Shown: positions 8,333-17,099 of the stretch, piece after piece
Numbering within the stretch: the stretch's first letter is position 1
Layout of the letters: each line of letters begins with the position of its first letter
Source of the DNA: a bacterium
GTDB lineage: Bacteria > Electryoneota > Electryoneia > Electryoneales > Electryoneaceae
Assembly: GCA_020444265.1 (NCBI GenBank)
Contig: JAHLLH010000011.1
Span: forward strand, 26,290 to 90,289
Length of the DNA stretch: 64,000 nt
Direction: 5' to 3'
Made by a program: the position numbers and the translations under genes
The notes under the pieces: model-generated
What the model was told of the DNA's origin: nothing
Databases searched by the model: none
Seen by the model: the letters and a program-made list of their open reading frames with translations, nothing else

Positions 8333-9120
8333 ACAACACTTCTGAAGACAGGAGAGTGATTGTGAAACGGTTATCCCCCATGTTGCTGGCAGCGATTGGC
8401 GTCCTCTTTGTCGCCTTTGCTGCCATGGCCCAGCCGGATGCGAAGGAGATCGTGCGCAAGGCCGACGAGCATCTGCGTGGCCAGACCAACAAAGCCGAAA
8501 TGACGATGCGTCTTGAACGGCCCGACTGGTCACGTGAAATCTCGATGAAGTCCTGGGCGAAAGGCACCCAACAGGCGTTGATCCTGATTACCGCCCCGGC
8601 TCGCGACGAGGGCACCACCTTCCTGAAGCGTGGGAACGAGGTTTGGAACTGGGTTCCTGCGGTGGAGAAGGTGATCAAGATTCCGCCCTCAATGATGATG
8701 CAGTCCTGGATGGGGTCGGACTTCACCAATGACGACCTTGTCAAAGAAAGCTCGATTGTCGAAGATTACCAGCACACGCTGCTGGGTGATACAACCATTG
8801 CAGATCGTGACTGCTGGAAAATTCAGATGATCCCGAAGGAAGAAGCGGCGGTGGTCTGGGGCAAGGTGCTGTTGTGGGTCGACAAGCAGGATGACTTGCA
8901 GCTCCGTGTCGAATATTTCGACGAGGACGAGGAGCTGATCAACGTCATGGAGATGTCCGACATCAAGATGATGGGTGGCCGTTTGATCCCGGCACGGATG
9001 GAGATGAGCCCCGTTGATGAACCGGGCAACAAGACCATCCTCACCTACCAGTCTCTCGACTTCAACATCAAGATCAAAGACAACTTCTTTTCAGAACAGA
9101 ACATGAAGCGAGTACGGTAG
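8329..9120 (+). CDS. LolA-like outer-membrane lipoprotein-sorting protein (periplasmic). It probably starts at the GTG near 8362, after a GGAGAG RBS.
   Basis: Signal peptide MLLAAIGVLFVAFAAMAQ. The LolA-like motif MGSDFTNDDLV is present. The gene is linked to FtsX/ABC genes, as is typical for this family. Confidence 0.6.
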   Translation: MNNTSEDRRVIVKRLSPMLLAAIGVLFVAFAAMAQPDAKEIVRKADEHLRGQTNKAEMTMRLERPDWSREISMKSWAKGTQQALILITAPARDEGTTFLKRGNEVWNWVPAVEKVIKIPPSMMMQSWMGSDFTNDDLVKESSIVEDYQHTLLGDTTIADRDCWKIQMIPKEEAAVVWGKVLLWVDKQDDLQLRVEYFDEDEELINVMEMSDIKMMGGRLIPARMEMSPVDEPGNKTILTYQSLDFNIKIKDNFFSEQNMKRVR

Positions 9121-9125
9121 GCCCT

Positions 9126-9185
9126 GTTCAGCCAGGTCTCCCGGCCTGGCTGAACGCCCATCAGGTCGGGAGACCTGACGGAACA
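9126..9185. repeat. Intergenic double-hairpin element E1 (GTTCAGCCAGG...CCTGGCTGAAC and TCAGGTC-GGGA-GACCTGA-CGGAACA)
   Basis: The second hairpin plus GGAACA recurs at 13215-13240 and 61135-61168. Confidence 0.45.
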
Positions 9186-9444
9186 ATGGTCGACGCGAAT
9201 AACCGACAGGCTCAAGGGCCTGACGTAACTGGCCAGGGCCGCCATGTGTGTCGCTGCGAGGAAGGAAGCGTCGCGACTGACGAAGCAGTCCCGCAGCACT
9301 CATCAAGTGAAAGCTGCGCGCGATGCGCGCAGGGAATCCAGGCAAGCGATACGAGATTGCTTCACCCCGCGGTTGCGGGATTCGCAACGACAACCATCGA
9401 GGCAGCGGGGGACAACCCCAACCAACGGACCGGAGACCGGATAG

Positions 9445-10671
9445 ATGAGACTCTACTTCTCCCTGGCATGGCGAAACATATGGCGTAATAAGCGTCGAAG
9501 CCTGATCTCCATGTCTTCGATCCTCTTTGCCGTGATGCTGGCCATCATGTCCCGTTCGATGATGATTGGCACCTTCGAGCGCATGATCGACACCATCGTC
9601 GGCACCTTCAGCGGGTACATCCAGGTCCATCAGGAGGGCTATTTCGATTCCTCCAGCCTTGATGACATCTTTGTCCCTTCCTCTGACCTGCTCGCTCAGA
9701 TCGAAGGCACGGAACATGTCACCCTTGCTGTCCCACGTCTCGAATCCTTCGCGCTTGTTTCCAGCGGAGACAACACCAATGGTGCACGGATCATCGGGAT
9801 CGACCCGGCCAAAGAGGACCAGATGACTGCGATCTCGGAACGCATCTCAACGGGGTCCTACTTCACCGAAGCAAGCGAAGGGATCATCCTCGGCAGCGAG
9901 TTGGCGAAAGATTTAAAGAAGACGGTTGGTGATACAATTATTCTGCTCGGATCGGGTTATCACGGCATCACTGCAGCGGGCCGTTTCGTGGTCGAAGGCC
10001 TGGTCAGCTTTCCAGCTGACGAGATGAGCGCCGCGCTCGCCTACCTGCCCCTCCCGGTCGCGCAACACCTCTACGGAGTCGAGGAGGGCATCACAACCCT
10101 CGCGGTGATGCTGGATCACGCCCGCAACCTGGAGAGGGCACGGAATGCCCTTGAAGTAGTCTTGTCCGACGAGTACGAAGTCATCACCTGGAAGATGATG
10201 GTGCCGGAGCTGGATCAGCTCGTCCAGATGAAATATGTCGGTCAGGATCTCGTCCTGGCATTGATCTACATCGTCGTAGGGTTCGGCATTCTTGGCACTG
10301 TGCTGATGATGACCATGGAACGATTGCGCGAATTCGGCATGGTGACTGCACTCGGGATGAAGAAGCGTACCCTCGCGATTATTGTCCTGATCGAAAGCAG
10401 CCTGCTGACGCTTTCCGGGGCGATTGCTGCGATGGTCCTGACCATCCCGATTCTCGCAAAACTGCAGCAGGAACCAATCCAGCTGACAGGGAAGATGGCA
10501 GAAGGGTACGAAAGCTATGGGTTCGAGCCTGTACTGGCATTTACCCTGCACGCACCGATCTTTTTCTGGCAGACCTTCTTTGTTCTGCTGATTGCCCTGG
10601 TTTCTTCCAGTTACCCCTTCTTCCGTATCTCCAAGCTGAATTCGGTCGAAGCGATGCGTACGGGACACTAG
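9445..10671 (+). CDS. ABC transporter permease, FtsX family (MacB/LolC/E-like, single FtsX domain), paralog 1
   Basis: N-terminal LAWRNIWRNKRRS motif and TM1, a large periplasmic domain, and a C-terminal FtsX four-helix region ending LNSVEAMRTG. Confidence 0.85.
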   Translation: MRLYFSLAWRNIWRNKRRSLISMSSILFAVMLAIMSRSMMIGTFERMIDTIVGTFSGYIQVHQEGYFDSSSLDDIFVPSSDLLAQIEGTEHVTLAVPRLESFALVSSGDNTNGARIIGIDPAKEDQMTAISERISTGSYFTEASEGIILGSELAKDLKKTVGDTIILLGSGYHGITAAGRFVVEGLVSFPADEMSAALAYLPLPVAQHLYGVEEGITTLAVMLDHARNLERARNALEVVLSDEYEVITWKMMVPELDQLVQMKYVGQDLVLALIYIVVGFGILGTVLMMTMERLREFGMVTALGMKKRTLAIIVLIESSLLTLSGAIAAMVLTIPILAKLQQEPIQLTGKMAEGYESYGFEPVLAFTLHAPIFFWQTFFVLLIALVSSSYPFFRISKLNSVEAMRTGH

Positions 10672-10708
10672 TGAACTGTCTGTACCAAACACCAGATAGA
10701 GGCAGAGA

Positions 10709-11929
10709 ATGATTTTCAAACTGGCGTGGCGGAACATCTGGCGGAACAAGCGCCGAAGCATCATCTCGATCGCTTCCGTGCTCTTTGCCGTCACCATCGC
10801 CCTGATGATGCGCTCGATGCAGCTCGGCTTTTACGCGCGAACGATCGACAATGTGGTCAGTTTCTACACCGGCTACCTGCAGGTTCACGCGCCAGGCTAC
10901 GAGGAAAAGAAAAGCCTCGACAAGAGCTTTGCCGATTCGGGTGAACTGGCCACCAGGATCGAGGGGATCAACAAGGTCACCTTTACCGCTCCCCGTCTCG
11001 AATCCTTCGCCCTGATTTCGGCGGGGGACATCACAGATGGTTCCCAAGTCATCGGCATCGACCCGGAACGAGAGGATCAGCTCACCGGCCTTTCCAATAA
11101 GGTCGAGGATGGCCGTTACCTGAATGCGGGAGACAACGGCATCCTGCTCGGATCGGGACTGGCGAAACACATGAAGATTGGTGTCGGGGATACGGTCGTG
11201 GTGATCAGTTCTGGTTATCACGGTGTTTCGGCTGCGGGCCGTTACCCGGTCATTGGAACTGTCACCTTCCCAACGCCTGAACTGAACTCGACTATGGCCT
11301 ACCTGGATCTGCCGGAAGCGCGATGGTTCTACGGCGCGACCAACCGGCTGACCTCCCTGGCTATCATGATCGAGGGAGAACGTTTCCTCAACCAGGTGGA
11401 AACTCAAGTGACTGCGATGTTGGGGGACGATTACGAAGTCGTTTCCTGGGAAGATATCATGCCGGAAATGGTAGAGTACATCGCAATGGACAATGCCTCC
11501 GGTGTGTTGATGCTGATCCTGATCTATGTCATTGTCGGTTTCGGGGTATTGGGTACGGTCCTGATGATGACCATGGAACGGATGCGCGAATTCGGTGTGC
11601 TGGTCGCGGTCGGCATGCAGAAAAGTGTCCTTCGCGGGATTGTCCTGTTGGAGAGTGTCATCCTCTCCATCAACGGTGCGATTCTCGGAATTGTGCTGGC
11701 ACTCCCCTCGCTTATCTGGCTTCGAGCCAATCCAATTCACTTGACAGGGGCGGGTGCGGATGCCTTGATCAGCTATGGCTTCGAGCCGATCCTGCCCTTT
11801 TCGATGGCACCGGAAATCTTTTTCTGGCAGACATTTACCGTGCTGCTGATCGCACTGACAGCTTCCGCTTATCCCCTCTTCCGCATCACCAAGCTCAATT
11901 CGGTGGATGCGATGCGGACGGGCAACTGA
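10709..11929 (+). CDS. ABC transporter permease, FtsX family, paralog 2 (highly similar to paralog 1)
   Basis: It has the same architecture as paralog 1, with N-terminal KLAWRNIWRNKRRS and C-terminal KLNSVDAMRTGN. Confidence 0.85.
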   Translation: MIFKLAWRNIWRNKRRSIISIASVLFAVTIALMMRSMQLGFYARTIDNVVSFYTGYLQVHAPGYEEKKSLDKSFADSGELATRIEGINKVTFTAPRLESFALISAGDITDGSQVIGIDPEREDQLTGLSNKVEDGRYLNAGDNGILLGSGLAKHMKIGVGDTVVVISSGYHGVSAAGRYPVIGTVTFPTPELNSTMAYLDLPEARWFYGATNRLTSLAIMIEGERFLNQVETQVTAMLGDDYEVVSWEDIMPEMVEYIAMDNASGVLMLILIYVIVGFGVLGTVLMMTMERMREFGVLVAVGMQKSVLRGIVLLESVILSINGAILGIVLALPSLIWLRANPIHLTGAGADALISYGFEPILPFSMAPEIFFWQTFTVLLIALTASAYPLFRITKLNSVDAMRTGN

Positions 11930-11977
11930 TACGAACTTGCGGGCCTGCGGGCTCGCTCAACGATACGAGGACTTCTC

Positions 11978-13192
11978 ATGATCTGGTCCATCGCCTGGAG
12001 AAATGTCTGGCGGAACGGCAAACGTAGCGGGATCCTGATTGGCGCGATCGCCTTCGGGATCTGGGCCGGGCTGCTGATGGTGGCCTTGATGAATGGCATG
12101 GCGGAACAGCAGGTGAAAGCGGCGATTGAAACGCGCACCTCGCACATCCAGATCCACTCCGAGGGCTTCCGCAGCCACCGTGACATTAAATCCATCATCC
12201 CGCAGGGCGACTCCCTGCTGACGGCGGTTCGCAACATGGATGAAGTCGTTGGTGCCGCCGAACGTGCGGTGTTGACTGCCATGGCCTCATCCGCCACGAC
12301 CGGCAGCGGAATTCAGCTGATCGGCATCGACCCGGATGCCGAAAAACAGGTGACCGATGTTTACACCAAAGTGATCGAGGGGGACTACTTCGAAACGAAG
12401 AAACGGAACCCTGTGATCATCGGAAAAGAACTGGCAGACAAGCTCGGTGTCCAGCTTGGTAAGAAAATCGTGCTGACCGGGCAGGCGAAGGATGGGTCCA
12501 TCGCCGCCGGCGCCTTCCGTATTGTCGGCATCTACCAGACGGTCAACTCGATGTATGACGAGATGACAGTCTTTGTGAAACGATCCGATGTGGCAAAGAC
12601 GTTCGGTATCGGGGATGATGTCCATGAAATCGCCATCGTGGTCAACGGAATCGCAGCAATTGACCCGGTAGCGAAAACCTTACGCGACAGCAATCCTTCA
12701 CTCGAGGTTGCCACCTGGCGTAACCTCTCCCCGGAAGTCGCCCTGACCAAGGATTCGACCGCCCAGATGAACGAGATATTTATGATCGTCATCCTGATCG
12801 CCCTGATCTTCGGGATCACCAACACGATGCTGATGGGGGTGCTCGAACGGATGCGTGAGCTGGGTGTCATCATCGCGCTGGGCATGAAACATGGGATGAT
12901 TTTCCTGATGGTGCTGCTGGAAACAGTCTTCCTCTCCCTGGTTGGCGGCCTGCTGGGAATCATCCTCGGTTGGGGAACAGTGGAATTACTGGGCAAGTCG
13001 GGCATTGACCTGTCAGCAGTTTCCTCCGGGCTGGCAGCGTTCGGGATGGATACGGTAATCTACCCGCAGATGGCGGCCTCGGAATACCCGGTTGTCGTTT
13101 TTCTGGTCATCATCACCGCGATTGTCGCGTCGATCTACCCGGGCTTGAAGGCGATCCGTCTCAACCCGATTCAGGCAATCCGGACGTATTGA
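11978..13192 (+). CDS. ABC transporter permease, FtsX family, paralog 3 (more divergent)
   Basis: N-terminal IAWRNVWRNGKRS and C-terminal FtsX domain ending RLNPIQAIRTY. Confidence 0.8.
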   Translation: MIWSIAWRNVWRNGKRSGILIGAIAFGIWAGLLMVALMNGMAEQQVKAAIETRTSHIQIHSEGFRSHRDIKSIIPQGDSLLTAVRNMDEVVGAAERAVLTAMASSATTGSGIQLIGIDPDAEKQVTDVYTKVIEGDYFETKKRNPVIIGKELADKLGVQLGKKIVLTGQAKDGSIAAGAFRIVGIYQTVNSMYDEMTVFVKRSDVAKTFGIGDDVHEIAIVVNGIAAIDPVAKTLRDSNPSLEVATWRNLSPEVALTKDSTAQMNEIFMIVILIALIFGITNTMLMGVLERMRELGVIIALGMKHGMIFLMVLLETVFLSLVGGLLGIILGWGTVELLGKSGIDLSAVSSGLAAFGMDTVIYPQMAASEYPVVVFLVIITAIVASIYPGLKAIRLNPIQAIRTY

Positions 13193-13214
13193 CAAGGTTG
13201 TCAGACAGTGTTGT

Positions 13215-13240
13215 GTCAGGTCGGGAGACCTGACGGAACA
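13215..13240. repeat. Intergenic hairpin element E2 (GTCAGGTC-GGGA-GACCTGAC-GGAACA)
   Basis: Same core as E1 and E3. Confidence 0.45.
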
Positions 13241-13283
13241 GAAGAAACACACAAGCGAACAGTCTATATAGGGAGTACGACCC

Positions 13284-13970
13284 ATGGCGGTCATCAAAAC
13301 AGATCATCTGAGCCGTGTCTATGAAGACCACGGCGTGCCTGTCAAAGCGGTTGACGATGTCAGTTTGTCAATTGAAGAGGGTGAATTCACGGCGATTGTC
13401 GGGCCCTCCGGTTCAGGCAAAACGACCTTCCTGAACATGGTCGGTGGTCTCGATGCGCCGAGTTCCGGTACCATCGAGGTGGATGGCAAGCAGATCAGCC
13501 AGATGAAACAGAACGAACTGATCGGCTTCCGTCTGCGACACATTGGATTCGTCTTTCAGGCCTACAACTTGATCCCGGTTTTGACGGCGAAGGAAAATGT
13601 TGAGTTCATCATGCTGCTGCAGAAGAAGAGCAAGGCGGAACGTGACAAACGTGCCACCGAGCTTCTCGATGCGGTCGGTCTTGGGGATCGACTGGGACGC
13701 CGTCCCCATGAGCTCTCCGGCGGTCAGCAGCAGCGCGTTGCAGTCGCACGTGCCCTCGCTTCGATGCCCTCGTTTGTGCTGGCCGACGAGCCCACCGCGA
13801 ACCTCGACTCGACCAGTGCGGAGAACCTGCTCGACATCATGGAACGTCTCAACAAGGAACAGAAGATGACCTTTGTCTTCTCGACCCATGACCCCCGAGT
13901 TGTCGCGCGTGCGCATCGTGTCGTTACCCTGCGTGATGGTGCCATTGAATCGGATGAAACCCGGTCCTGA
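13284..13970 (+). CDS. ABC transporter ATP-binding protein (LolD/MacB-type ATPase)
   Basis: Walker A GPSGSGKTT, signature LSGGQQQRVAVARAL, Walker B FVLADEPT. Confidence 0.9.
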   Translation: MAVIKTDHLSRVYEDHGVPVKAVDDVSLSIEEGEFTAIVGPSGSGKTTFLNMVGGLDAPSSGTIEVDGKQISQMKQNELIGFRLRHIGFVFQAYNLIPVLTAKENVEFIMLLQKKSKAERDKRATELLDAVGLGDRLGRRPHELSGGQQQRVAVARALASMPSFVLADEPTANLDSTSAENLLDIMERLNKEQKMTFVFSTHDPRVVARAHRVVTLRDGAIESDETRS

Positions 13971-15184
13971 TGATGAGACGGTTACGACTGCTACTAAGCG
14001 TCGCCCTGCTGGTGACAACCCTTCCGGCAGTCGCGGCCAGCCTGGATGATCTCGATTTCCGTGGCTATGTCCGCGAGACGGCTCTTTTCTGGAAGTTGCC
14101 GGCCTACTTGAGTACATCTGGTGCCGAAGAACAGCAGTTTACCAACCTGCTGCATACGCGTCAGAACCTGCGCTGGTATGCCAACATGGAGTTGACCTTT
14201 GGCTTTGAGCTGAAAACACGTCTCTTCAGCGGTGATGCTGTCCAGGCGATGCTCGCACAGACCGAACAGCTCGGTGGCAACCAGAGTTTGTTCAACTGGG
14301 AACGCCGATTTGTTGACGAGAACAACCAGCTGCTGGTCAGCGGCATTGACCGCGCATGGGCGGATTATTTTCTCGGCGATTGGCAGGTGACGGTGGGTCG
14401 TCAACGGATCGCGTGGGGCTCCACGATGGTCTGGAACCCAACCGACATCTTCAATCCCTCCTCCCCCATCGACTTTGACAACGAGGAGAAACCGGGTAGC
14501 GATGGGATCCGTGTCCAGCGCTATCTCGGCACCAACTCGAAGCTTGAACTGGCTTACGCATCCACCGATCTCGAGGATTCGGACGCTTCCACGGTCGCGG
14601 GACGTGTGCTTATCAATGCCTTCGATTTCGACTGGAACGTGCTGTTGGGCATGAAGGAAGGCAATACGATGTTTGGCGGAGGGTTTGAGGGCGATATCCT
14701 CGGAGGTGGCTTCCGTGGTGAAGTCTTGTACCGTGTCCACCAGCAGGAGGAAGAAGCACCGGACGGTGCCCCTCCCAGCCCCCGGGACCTGCCCAGCTAT
14801 ATCCGCTTCGCCATCGACGGGGATTACACCTTCACCAACTCGCTCTATCTGCACGCAGGGGTGCGCTACAACGAACTCGGGGCAACGAAGGATGCAGGAT
14901 CGTTGACCAACCAGTTCAAATCCTTCGAGAACCAGTGGCTCTCCCCAGCTCGTTGGTCGCTCTTCGGCCAGGTGGGTGGCAATGCAACCCCGTTGATGCG
15001 CCTTGATCTGATGGCCATCGTCAACCCGCAGGATGGCTCGTTTTACATCGGCCCTTCCGGCAGTTACTCGCTGATCACCAACCTCGACCTGATCCTGACC
15101 GGGTTGGTTTTTCAAGGCGAGGACGGCACCGAATTCGGTGCCCAGGGGACCATCCTGATGGGTCGGCTGAAGTACTCGTTCTGA
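13970..15184 (+). CDS. Putative outer-membrane beta-barrel protein (last gene of the ABC operon)
   Basis: It has a signal peptide LLLSVALLVTTLPAVAAS and alternating amphipathic beta-strand composition. The C-terminus ...GRLKYSF ends in an aromatic Phe, typical of OMPs. Confidence 0.45.
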   Translation: MMRRLRLLLSVALLVTTLPAVAASLDDLDFRGYVRETALFWKLPAYLSTSGAEEQQFTNLLHTRQNLRWYANMELTFGFELKTRLFSGDAVQAMLAQTEQLGGNQSLFNWERRFVDENNQLLVSGIDRAWADYFLGDWQVTVGRQRIAWGSTMVWNPTDIFNPSSPIDFDNEEKPGSDGIRVQRYLGTNSKLELAYASTDLEDSDASTVAGRVLINAFDFDWNVLLGMKEGNTMFGGGFEGDILGGGFRGEVLYRVHQQEEEAPDGAPPSPRDLPSYIRFAIDGDYTFTNSLYLHAGVRYNELGATKDAGSLTNQFKSFENQWLSPARWSLFGQVGGNATPLMRLDLMAIVNPQDGSFYIGPSGSYSLITNLDLILTGLVFQGEDGTEFGAQGTILMGRLKYSF

Positions 15185-15210
15185 TTGGATTTCGATCTGG
15201 AACTGAGTGG

Positions 15211-15238
15211 CCCGACTTGCTCGCAAGTCGGGTTTATT
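15211..15238 (+). terminator. Intrinsic terminator after the outer-membrane protein gene
   Basis: CCCGACTTGC-TCG-CAAGTCGGG perfect stem followed by TTTATT. Confidence 0.6.
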
Positions 15239-15345
15239 CATAGAGATAAATGCGTGAGGTCTTCGGACCTGACGCAACCAGTATGTATCCAATGTAGAGG
15301 ATGGGCAACGCCCATCGACCGTATCGCGTTCAGACGCGAAACAGC

Positions 15346-15460
15346 GTAGGCCGGATTCTTGAATCCGGCAAAGAAGAAGGGGCCTCAGGGCCCCTGACAC
15401 CTTGTCGAATGGAACGTCATGGCACGCCATGACAACGCCGGATTCAAGAATCCGGCCTAC
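15346..15460. repeat. MITE-like palindromic element, copy R1 (~115 bp): terminal 20-bp palindromes GCCGGATTCTTGAATCCGGC / GCCGGATTCAAGAATCCGGC flanking an internal GGGGCC-N-GGCCCC hairpin
   Basis: The second copy (16985-17092) is in the same orientation. Together the two copies bracket the EEP-family gene. Confidence 0.55.
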
Positions 15461-15616
15461 ATCTTCGTGCCCTGAGGCGCGGGAAGGAAAGAGAGAAAGG
15501 ATAAACCCGGGCCGCAGGCCCGGGCCAGGCTTTACAACTAGGCTCAGCATTCTCGCAAAATGAAGAAACCCGGGCAACAAGATTGCCCGGGCCAGAATCA
15601 TCCAATCATCGGTCAT

Positions 15617-16768
15617 CTACTTCACAATCACCGCACGCTTCACCTGGCTGTGGGGACCAGCCTCGAGACGAACAAAATAGATCCCGGTAGGAAGTCCGAC
15701 AGCATTCCAGCTCAGCTTGCCCGTCGTGTTGGTCACATCCCACTGCCGTACCTGACGACCCAATACATCGAACAGTTGCACCGAAGCCTCGCCACGCAAC
15801 GGCAGGCTGTAGCCGATGGTCACCATCGCATTGGCCGGAACCGGCCAGACACTCAGCTGGGATTCGGCGGGTTGGGCAACCCCATCTTCAGCCACCCCCA
15901 ACAGGGCATCGGTCGGGAAATAGGTGGCGACGGGACGATGGTCCGAGATGTAGTTCTCGTACTGACTGTATTCATCCTCCAGGTGCAGCACCTCTGTTTC
16001 GCCATACTCGGTGAAGTCAGCATAGAGAGCGTCTGTCACCATGAGGTGATCGTAGAAGAACCCCGCAGGAATCCAGGTGCCCCCATCGCCACCACCATCA
16101 ACGATCGGCAAGGTCAGGAAGTGAAAATCGGGGTCATCCAGCATCGGGGTGAAAACATTGGTGCTCGAGGGATCATCCAAATCGTCATTCCAGTCGCCGA
16201 CGAGCATCCAACGGTCATTGCCATCGTCGATCTGACGACCTACCCAGGCATGCAGCGAATCGACCGCTTCGGCGCGACGGGCCCGGTCATCGGAGTCATT
16301 CCGGCCCGCTTTCAGATGGAAAACCATGAAGTTGAAGGAAAGGGTGTCCTCCGCTTCGACCATGGTCACCGGCACCACCAACGGCGCACGTGGGAAAGGA
16401 TAGGAGTAGCTGGTGTAGATCTCGTAAGAGCTGCCAACCTCCACCTTGTCGGCATCGTAAAGGACCGCGTGACGTAAGCCATAGTAGTCCTCACCAATCA
16501 CCGTCCCCCACCCTCCGGCATTGGACGCGACCGAACGTAGCGCATCATCGTCCGTAATCTCCTGGCAGCCAATCAATTCGATCTCGAGATCATTGATCAT
16601 CAGGGAAAGAGCGTTGACAGTCTGGGCCGCATCGGGGAACTGACGGATGTTCCAGGTGGCAACATCAAAGGTGAGGTCGCTGCCATGCTGCTCGACAAGC
16701 TGCGCAGAGACTGGCAGGGCAACGGCAATCAACATCAGAACGGCGAGAATGAGACGATTTTGTGCCAT
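15617..16768 (-). CDS. Secreted endonuclease/exonuclease/phosphatase (EEP) family protein with a T9SS C-terminal sorting domain
   Basis: Signal peptide plus EEP motifs (WNIRQF, GDWN, SDHRPV). The C-terminal tail GIYFVRLEAGPHSQVKRAVIVK is a Por_Secre_tail. Confidence 0.8.
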   Translation of the reverse strand: MAQNRLILAVLMLIAVALPVSAQLVEQHGSDLTFDVATWNIRQFPDAAQTVNALSLMINDLEIELIGCQEITDDDALRSVASNAGGWGTVIGEDYYGLRHAVLYDADKVEVGSSYEIYTSYSYPFPRAPLVVPVTMVEAEDTLSFNFMVFHLKAGRNDSDDRARRAEAVDSLHAWVGRQIDDGNDRWMLVGDWNDDLDDPSSTNVFTPMLDDPDFHFLTLPIVDGGGDGGTWIPAGFFYDHLMVTDALYADFTEYGETEVLHLEDEYSQYENYISDHRPVATYFPTDALLGVAEDGVAQPAESQLSVWPVPANAMVTIGYSLPLRGEASVQLFDVLGRQVRQWDVTNTTGKLSWNAVGLPTGIYFVRLEAGPHSQVKRAVIVK

Positions 16769-16984
16769 GATCGTGCAGTCCTCTTGGAATCGGAATCGTC
16801 CTTCAAGGTAGGCCGGGTGGTAGAGGGGTTCAAGCCGGGGAAGAAAGGCCGTCTCTCGATTGTACAGTGGTCCGACTCTGAAGTGTCGGGTCTCTTCAGA
16901 ATGGGGAGCAGCGTTCCTCCTTATAATCGATGAAACTCGACACTGAAGAGTCGAGCCAAATGCAGGCCGGTCTAATCTGCATGT

Positions 16985-17092
16985 GGCCGGATTCTTGTAC
17001 CAGGCAAAAAAAGGGGCCCGAAGGCCCCTGACACATTATAGATGGATCGCCCGGCATCCGCCGGACCTCGCCGGATTCAAGAATCCGGCCTA
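16985..17092. repeat. MITE-like palindromic element, copy R2 (left terminus partly degenerate)
   Basis: It shares GGCCGGATTCTTG...AAGGGGCC-CGAA-GGCCCCTGACAC...CGCCGGATTCAAGAATCCGGCCTAC with R1. Confidence 0.55.
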
Positions 17093-17099
17093 CGCTCAT

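Noticed and set aside
8214-8744. Minus-strand ORFs overlapping the TetR/LolA-like junction (8192-8533, 8214-8744)
   Set aside because: They run antisense to two genes with clear family signatures and have no RBS or motif support.
13994-15616. Long minus-strand ORF (540 aa) opposite the outer-membrane protein gene. There are similar long antisense ORFs elsewhere: 17622-19016 (+), 19441-21459 (+), 24483-26282 (+), 26815-27747 (+), 46815-47858 (+), 37494-38579 (+), 33618-34133 (+).
   Set aside because: Each runs antisense to a gene with clear homology or domain signatures. High GC suppresses stop codons in the antisense frame. Their translations are low-complexity (Arg/Gly/Val/His-rich) with no recognisable motifs.
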